From Anaerolineaceae bacterium (GTDB lineage Bacteria; Chloroflexota; Anaerolineae; Anaerolineales; Anaerolineaceae), in assembly GCA_016936755.1 (NCBI GenBank), contig JAFGXF010000135.1:28323-92322 (forward strand): a stretch of DNA of 64,000 nt, given 5' to 3'. The position numbers were made by a program, and so were the translations under genes. Under the pieces are notes generated by a model. The model made no database searches and was not told the origin of the DNA. It was given only the letters and a program-made list of their open reading frames with translations. This document shows positions 57,940-64,000 of the stretch, piece by piece. Every line of letters begins with the position of its first letter. The first letter of the stretch is position 1.

Positions 57940-59094
57940 TCACATGGCAGGTGTTAATTCGTAGAACAGCGGTTTATTGTAGCCATATTTTTTTTGCAGG
58001 TGTGAATATTCAATTTCCGGATAGATCCCGGCCTGGTGCAACATCTGGTAATACCCACCAGTATCTGCATTGCTCGGTTTTGTATGACTGGCAATTATGT
58101 CATCCAGTACAACAGCTTGATAGCCACACCTGGCAGCCACCATCGAGAGCGCCGGATCGATTCCCCAGCCACTGATACTTTGAGCGAACAGATCTTTTAC
58201 ATCCGCCAGGATCCGATTGGAAATAACCGGCATCATGATTTCCACGCCGTTTACCTGACGCCAGCCACCCTTGCCGGGATTATGGAACACCTGATATGAA
58301 CACTGGGAGTCTGCCGAGAGACTGGGCTGCGCCAATTCCCAACCATGCTGTCGCACAGTATCAAATAATCGAGTCAGATCGCCTGGTTCAATGAGAATAT
58401 CATCATCCAGCAGAAGTATGTATTCATAAGGTTCCAGGATCTGAGGGGAATTTTTCAAGATTTGATAAAAAGATGTGAATTTGGTACCCGGCAGGTCACC
58501 CACCTGGTGGAATTCAACATCGCACGGTATTTTTCGGGTGTGGGTTGGATCGTAATGATTTATGAGCAGGTCCCACGGCAGGTCTTTTTCCAGTTGCCTG
58601 GCTCCCCACAATGAATCCTCGCCACTTTGCACGTAAACCGCAAACGGTTTGGATATTCCCCGGTGATCTGCGATCAAGCTGGTCCTGGTCCGAGACCTGT
58701 ACGCTCCTTGGGCAGCAAGCAGGACTCTTTCACTACGATAAGCGCCTGAAGCAGCCTCCCGCCCGCTGCGGAGGAAATGCACCAGGGCCTGTTCCCGGGG
58801 TACATGCTCTTCCCTCAGGTAGAGGATCGTGTTGAAATAGGGGCTGGGATCACGACCTTGTGAAATACCAGCGCGCACATAATCCGATAGAAGATCCGCC
58901 GGGTATTTGATCTCTGAGGCATAGACATGTTGGTACCAGGAAGTGTCGAAATAACCGCTGGCCCGGATTTCTGTATAAAGAGCAGCTTCCCGCTTGCGCT
59001 TTGTTAGAAATGAGCGCGCGAGTCGATATGGACGGGAGAATTTACTCGCTGCCAGACGGCTCTTTATGGTGGGTAATTTATGGAAGATATCCAT
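57940..59094 (-). CDS. hypothetical polysaccharide-locus protein
   Basis: N-terminus carries an FD..WY......P..........G..QGRDPSPYF-type motif common in glycan-locus enzymes. C-terminal half (LLLDDDI, SGWGIDP) is possibly DUF707-like. Assignment is tentative. Confidence 0.35.
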   Translation of the reverse strand: MDIFHKLPTIKSRLAASKFSRPYRLARSFLTKRKREAALYTEIRASGYFDTSWYQHVYASEIKYPADLLSDYVRAGISQGRDPSPYFNTILYLREEHVPREQALVHFLRSGREAASGAYRSERVLLAAQGAYRSRTRTSLIADHRGISKPFAVYVQSGEDSLWGARQLEKDLPWDLLINHYDPTHTRKIPCDVEFHQVGDLPGTKFTSFYQILKNSPQILEPYEYILLLDDDILIEPGDLTRLFDTVRQHGWELAQPSLSADSQCSYQVFHNPGKGGWRQVNGVEIMMPVISNRILADVKDLFAQSISGWGIDPALSMVAARCGYQAVVLDDIIASHTKPSNADTGGYYQMLHQAGIYPEIEYSHLQKKYGYNKPLFYELTPAM

Positions 59095-59259
59095 ATCAGG
59101 TGTAAATGGTTTTTTACTGCATTTTTCAAGTAAAGAAAAATGATACTGATAATATGACTTTACCAGTAATAAGGAAGGATCATGCCATATTATATATTGA
59201 TAAGGTGTGAAACAGCCAAATAGATTAATTGGGATAAATGACCTGGTTCTTCTGTTAGA

Positions 59260-59454
59260 TCAGGCGAAATGGTTGCCCCCTGGTTGGAAGATATCCTCCG
59301 CATCAACTGCGGTTCCAGTAAAAGAGATGTCATCCATCACGATGATCTCAAGCCTTGGGTAGTCTTGATTGATGATTGATTGCAATGCCGCATGAACGTA
59401 ACGTTCATGGTTGTACAAGGGCATGATCAAGGATATGAGAGGAGGGTTAAGCAT
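59260..59454 (-). pseudogene. 5' remnant of a GT2 glycosyltransferase
   Basis: The first ~45 codons look GT2-like (ISLIMPLYNHERYV..ALQSIINQDYPRLEIIVMDDIS.TGT). After that, similarity is lost and a stop follows at codon 65. No DxD region was found in the two downstream minus-strand frames I read by eye. Confidence 0.55.
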
Positions 59455-59694
59455 GATTATTTCCGAAGTAAGCTGGAATATGCAAATAGAGATCCATGCA
59501 ATATTTGGATATCCATGTTATATCCATAGATTAATGCTAATCCTCATGGACTCAAAATGAGGTTTTTGTGTATTTACTATCCGTAAACTTCTCTCAAATA
59601 CATTGATGTACGATTTGGTATGGATTCAATAAGCTGATTATGGAACCACGAACAAAATGACAATAATTAGAAATTACTAATACTCGCTGGATCA

Positions 59695-60552
59695 TCAACT
59701 TCTTTGAACAACCAGGCGAGCCTGTAACCAATATTTCTCTGGATAATCCAAATAAGATATCACTTTAAAAAATGAGCGCCATTTCTTCTTTATATAATCC
59801 AGAGGGACAATCGCATCACCATAAACTTCATCCGTCAGGTTATCGCCACCACCGGTCGGAAGATAAGCAATCTCACCAGAATCAAATTTACTATACAGCT
59901 CTTTTGCCATGGGAGCATATTTGGAGAGACCACGAAGCCAGGCATTATCCGTATCTTCTGTTATGTTACATATCCTGTCGATGAAACCGCGCGGTTCGAG
60001 GGTCAGGCAAAACACACATCCCGGACGGGAAACGCGCGCCAATTCACGCATCCAATGCAGGTTCAATTTCTCAGGCAAGTGAGTGAATACAGAATAGGCC
60101 ATAATTACATCAAAGTAACTGTCGGGATAGGGCAGAATACCTTCCGGTTCGATCAGGTCCAGATGACCGGGAACCCCGGTATCATGGCATATATCAATCG
60201 CAACCTGCAATGGGTCACAACCGTATAGATTTTCAACGGTGATGTCTTTCATGAAGAATCTCATAAAACGCCCCCAACCGCAACCAAAATCCAAAAACTT
60301 AGTCTGCTGATTTAAAAATATTCCACAATCTGCGACTTGTTCTTTAACATGCTTGTAATAACCAAAAGCTTCTTCCAGCGTTTGTTTATAAGAGCTACCC
60401 ACGAACCTTGTTTGTACATTCGGGGGCGGAAATCCGGGGAAAGTTATGCCATGTATTTTCTGTTTCTTGATGCTCAATATCAATAATCCAAACCAATCCT
60501 CATCACTGAGTTTCCTTATCTTGTCTGATACCTGGAAATTGCTAGTGGTCAT
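59695..60552 (-). CDS. class I SAM-dependent methyltransferase
   Basis: Motif I FLDFGCGWGRF. Start set at ATG 60552 because of AAGGAG 7 nt upstream. Confidence 0.8.
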   Translation of the reverse strand: MTTSNFQVSDKIRKLSDEDWFGLLILSIKKQKIHGITFPGFPPPNVQTRFVGSSYKQTLEEAFGYYKHVKEQVADCGIFLNQQTKFLDFGCGWGRFMRFFMKDITVENLYGCDPLQVAIDICHDTGVPGHLDLIEPEGILPYPDSYFDVIMAYSVFTHLPEKLNLHWMRELARVSRPGCVFCLTLEPRGFIDRICNITEDTDNAWLRGLSKYAPMAKELYSKFDSGEIAYLPTGGGDNLTDEVYGDAIVPLDYIKKKWRSFFKVISYLDYPEKYWLQARLVVQRS

Positions 60553-60599
60553 TCTAGATCTCCTTATTCTTGTTGAGATCAAAACCAAACCGCCCTAAT

Positions 60600-61013
60600 T
60601 TACTTAAGTGGATAGTCAGTGTCGAAATAGCAGTTGAAAACAATAGGGAAGGTATTGATGGAATCCATATCCTGAGATAGCGGAGCATTTGGGCAGTTTG
60701 GAAGTAATATTGTGTTAACAATATTATACTGATACTCTGCCGGATAATCATTTAGTAATTCATTACCAGACTCAAGTTTGATATTACGGGCACCATGGTC
60801 TGACTGGAATATTATTATCGGAGGATTTTCAGGGTTACTTGATTTTAGTATATTGTCAATCATGTCCTTAAAGTATTGTATAGCAATAAAAATAATAACA
60901 CAAGTGCCGATGCCAATCGGACAGATGATATGGTGCCCAACCAACCGACGGGTGTCCTCTGCTATCACTTCTGTTCTATCAGAAGATCCCTCAATCACTA
61001 CAGCAAATTCCAA
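60600..61013 (-). pseudogene. C-terminal fragment of a sulfatase/LtaS-like (alkaline phosphatase superfamily) gene, paralogous to the 3' end of 61107-62840
   Basis: NPENPPIIIFQSDHG...TILLPNCP...INTFPIVFNCYF parallels DPEAIVIVAGDHG...FLAIRWP...QDIFPAVFAYLY in the neighbouring gene. The TM region and the catalytic N-terminal part are absent, and only 93 nt separate it from the upstream gene. Confidence 0.45.
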
Positions 61014-61106
61014 ATCCTGATGGTCCTGCTGGATGATCGATTGCGACGCGGGAGATATTACACTTATAATTCTTGATTTGCATAGTCATAGAGATGATAG
61101 ATTATT

Positions 61107-62840
61107 TCATTCATCTGATAGGTATAGAGGTTCACCATCATCGATACCACCATTAATCACACCATTATTTACAGAAGCACCGCTAACGGCAAATGGATAT
61201 ACTGTCACCGGTTCAATTTTAGATTCAAGGATCTTTTCGTCTTGATAAAGGTATGCAAACACTGCTGGAAAAATATCTTGCAATACGGTAATATCGTCAT
61301 AGTTAGCAAAGTCTTCTGTTGGCCACCTAATCGCCAGGAAGGTACCAAAACGATCCTGGATGTCTAATCGAGAAATATCCGAAATATCATAGTCTGGAGA
61401 AGTATTGAAACAATTTTTGGTTAGATATGGACCATGATCACCAGCTACTATTACTATAGCCTCGGGATCATTCTCAGTTATTAATTCAACATCCTGTCGC
61501 ATCTCCGAATTAGCAACTAATAACCTTTCCATGAATAGATCGGTTTCATTGGGCAGACAAGCCCCTGAATTTTGGCTGTGGTTTGGATAATTTGAGTGCA
61601 TGTATATGAAAACTCGATCTTTATAAACACTGTTAAATAGTTCTTTACTGGTATTGAAGAATTGTTCTTGAGTCAGATCATTAAAGTTGATGTTGAGGTT
61701 AAATCTGAATTCACCAAGTAGAACCGCAGATATTAATTGATAGTTTGATGGCGATCTATGCTTGGGTATCGAATAATCATAACTTGAGCCTATTCCCTGA
61801 AACATAAAGTCAGACGGGAACACACCATAAGTCTTGTAACCATTAAATGTTAATATATTTTGAACGATTCCATTTCCCGACACGCCATTTCTAAGATCGC
61901 CATAAAAATCAGTCGAAACGTTAAAAACCCGGCTCATGGATCTTAACGAATCTGCACCAACTGAATAAGTATGGGGATATTGTGTAAAACCTTGTTCTAA
62001 TAAGAAATTTTCCTGACTGGAGTTATCGATGCCATATAAATGCATTGTTTCATTAGGTACATATGCATCGTAAATTAGTAAATAAATATTTGGTGTATTT
62101 TTTAGTGTCTTATCAGAAACCATTGTTTCAAGAGGATTTTCTACAGAGGGGAAGGATACCTCTTTCGTTTTGTTGGAATATGATATGAGTTGCGTTGTGG
62201 TATTAGAGATGAAGATGAGCGAGACTCCAAGCTGCAGAATATGTTTGCCCTTTATGTTGTCCAAAAGCCAGGTAATTAGAAAAATGCCAGTGAAAAATAA
62301 CAATTGAATTTTTAAGCTCCCCTTTCCATACCAGGAAAAGTATTGACTCAGTAATGCCATACTGTTGATGGTAGTAGCAAATGTTAAACCCATTAACATT
62401 ATTATACGTGTTGAGCTGACGATGCTTAAAAGCAAGGGAAATGCGTAAACAATGAGGATCGAAAGGAATAAAAAGAAAGCGATGACAGATAATGCTTCAG
62501 TTAATGTCAGAATATCTTGATTATTGATTACATATTGAACAACTGGGGTTAAGGGAAGTAGAACGAGTGATGTATCAATACATGATAAATCCTCAATGGG
62601 ATGATTAAATTCTACTGTCTTAACTTTGGTAATCTTTGTGATTGTAAAAAACACCAAATAGATTACGACCAATACTAGCAGCACATACTTCCACAATCTG
62701 CTGGCAAAGACCAGGTTTACTCCTGAGGGTAAATACTCAGTAGAAAAACAAATAAAAGAAAGACAATATGTGATCAGTGCTGCTAAAGGGATAATCACAG
62801 AAAGTAAAATATAATAATTATTAAAAAATTTATATTTCAT
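61107..62840 (-). CDS. membrane-anchored alkaline-phosphatase-superfamily enzyme (sulfatase / LtaS / phosphoethanolamine-transferase-like)
   Basis: N-terminal ~5 TM helices and an extracytoplasmic domain with IVIVAGDHGPYL. AT-rich coding sequence. Confidence 0.55.
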   Translation of the reverse strand: MKYKFFNNYYILLSVIIPLAALITYCLSFICFSTEYLPSGVNLVFASRLWKYVLLVLVVIYLVFFTITKITKVKTVEFNHPIEDLSCIDTSLVLLPLTPVVQYVINNQDILTLTEALSVIAFFLFLSILIVYAFPLLLSIVSSTRIIMLMGLTFATTINSMALLSQYFSWYGKGSLKIQLLFFTGIFLITWLLDNIKGKHILQLGVSLIFISNTTTQLISYSNKTKEVSFPSVENPLETMVSDKTLKNTPNIYLLIYDAYVPNETMHLYGIDNSSQENFLLEQGFTQYPHTYSVGADSLRSMSRVFNVSTDFYGDLRNGVSGNGIVQNILTFNGYKTYGVFPSDFMFQGIGSSYDYSIPKHRSPSNYQLISAVLLGEFRFNLNINFNDLTQEQFFNTSKELFNSVYKDRVFIYMHSNYPNHSQNSGACLPNETDLFMERLLVANSEMRQDVELITENDPEAIVIVAGDHGPYLTKNCFNTSPDYDISDISRLDIQDRFGTFLAIRWPTEDFANYDDITVLQDIFPAVFAYLYQDEKILESKIEPVTVYPFAVSGASVNNGVINGGIDDGEPLYLSDE

Positions 62841-63040
62841 TTATAGTTCCAAACCTTTCGCGCAACAAGATTATTAATCACTTCACTAGACTAACTGGAG
62901 CAATACACGGTCGTGTAGCAATGCAAGCGATTTATAGAGACTTTAACGTATCCATAGTGTCTTACAAGTAGGCATATCCATATTTGAGATCCAGCTCCAA
63001 TAGTAAGTATGAATTAGTTTTTTTTCAACTTATTGAGTAA

Positions 63041-63286
63041 TTATCTTTTTTTTGTATTTACTTTATTAATTATGGATTGAATCATATCATCCACAGTATT
63101 AAATGATAAGGCTTCTGTTTGGGTGAATTCAATGTCAAAATATATCTCGATAGCCGTTATAAGATTGATATGTGAGAAAGAATCCCAACCGCTAATATCG
63201 TTTGATGTTGTCTCTGAAGTTACATTGATCTCAGGGTTATTGAATACCTCTCGAAACACTTTATTTAGATCTTGAATAATATCCAT
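63041..63286 (-). CDS. acyl/aminoacyl carrier protein
   Basis: 81 aa with the phosphopantetheine-site motif GWDSFSHINLI. Located directly downstream of the ligase. Confidence 0.7.
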   Translation of the reverse strand: MDIIQDLNKVFREVFNNPEINVTSETTSNDISGWDSFSHINLITAIEIYFDIEFTQTEALSFNTVDDMIQSIINKVNTKKR

Positions 63287-63291
63287 AATGT

Positions 63292-64000
63292 TTAATATTC
63301 CTCCAAGGTTGATAGATCTCCCAGATCTTCATTAAGATATTTACTTCTCAACACCCTACGCATAATCTTACCGCTTTTAGTTTTAGGAATAATATCAGTA
63401 AATACTATTTCTTTTGGTGATGCGATTGATGATACTTTTTGAGAAACATGCAACTTTAATTTCATATCAGCAATTCTTATATCCTTTATTGAATCATTTA
63501 TTACTACAAACGCAATGGTCTTTTCATATAAAACCTCATCAGGTACACCAACAACACCCACGTCCAATACTTCGGTCAATTCCAATAAGGCGGATTCAAC
63601 TTCAAAGGGACTCACAAGATGCCCTGCAGTATTTATCACATCGTCATTTCTTCCGACGAACCAAAAGTATCCATCTTTATCGGTATAGGCAATGTCTCCG
63701 GTTATGTAATAATCACCGATGAATTTTTCTTGATATGATTTGGAATTTTTCATGTACTCAGAAAACATTGATGACCATGGTTTTTTTAAGCATAACAATC
63801 CTTTCTGAAGAGGAGGTACGCTATGTCCATTATCATCAAGAATTGATGGATTTATATATGAAAGTGGTTTCCCCATTGATCCGGGTCGTATATCAATTCC
63901 AGGTCTATTAGCAATCATTATGCTTCCGGTTTCAGTTTGAAACCACGTATCATGTATATCTTTCCCGAGCACTTTCCTTCCCCAGTCAATAATTGCTGGG
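63292..64000 (-). CDS. AMP-forming acyl-CoA/acyl-carrier ligase (acetyl-CoA-synthetase-like), 5' end outside the window
   Basis: Motifs YYITGDIAYTDKDGYFWFVGRNDDVINTAGHLVSPFEVESAL and IPKTKSGKIMRRVLR. The frame stays open to the window edge. Confidence 0.85.
   Translation of the reverse strand, partial: PAIIDWGRKVLGKDIHDTWFQTETGSIMIANRPGIDIRPGSMGKPLSYINPSILDDNGHSVPPLQKGLLCLKKPWSSMFSEYMKNSKSYQEKFIGDYYITGDIAYTDKDGYFWFVGRNDDVINTAGHLVSPFEVESALLELTEVLDVGVVGVPDEVLYEKTIAFVVINDSIKDIRIADMKLKLHVSQKVSSIASPKEIVFTDIIPKTKSGKIMRRVLRSKYLNEDLGDLSTLEEY

Noticed and set aside
187-64000. Numerous 60-150-aa track ORFs antisense to or nested within long conserved genes, for example 864-1340, 2912-3415, 11946-12503, 20164-20514, 36297-36686, 48274-48735 and 54467-54931.
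   Set aside because: Each is fully overlapped by a longer ORF with clear family motifs. They have odd composition (Arg/Ser/Cys-rich) and no SD. I treated them as shadow ORFs.
1-64000. CRISPR arrays, tRNA or rRNA genes, transposases, integrases, phage genes, and toxin-antitoxin or defence-system hallmarks.
   Set aside because: I found no short regularly spaced direct repeats, no cloverleaf-like conserved segments in intergenic regions, and no ORF with recombinase, nuclease or defence-type motifs. Absence was judged by eye only.

Overview
Bacterial chromosomal window, densely coded, with about 60 supportable genes. I saw no rRNA, tRNA, CRISPR array, transposase, integrase or phage genes.

Left part, 1-34.5 kb, is mostly housekeeping:
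- A 5'-truncated sensor kinase and a decayed rubrerythrin gene.
- dnaK, then a PadR regulator with a partner membrane protein and a perfect palindromic operator.
- An eight-gene same-strand block: two divergent thymidylate-kinase-fold genes, a CHAD gene, an HD gene, a DUF62 SAM hydrolase, a fused ECF ATPase, an S component and a T component.
- Lysine 2,3-aminomutase, mntP, priA, a Memo-like gene and a LysM-M23 peptidase.
- selD, which is only complete if an in-frame TGA is read as selenocysteine.
- A full phoB-phoR / pstSCAB-phoU phosphate locus with phased Pho-box-like repeats.

Right part, 34.5-64 kb, is a roughly 30-kb surface-glycan island that looks lower in GC by eye:
- rfbCBAD.
- A WbuB-like GT4, a heparinase II/III-like protein and a bi-domain oxidoreductase.
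- Three very large two-domain glycosyltransferase fusions.
- Tandem GH26-like paralogues, one carrying Gln where the other has the predicted nucleophile Glu.
- A visibly more AT-rich terminal segment with two gene remnants and an acyl-activation/carrier module that runs off the window.

The best candidates for undescribed biology are the kinase-pair/CHAD/HD/DUF62/ECF block and the exporter-less glycan island with its decoration module. Both functional readings are inference. All family assignments come from motif recognition by eye. No searches or computations were run.
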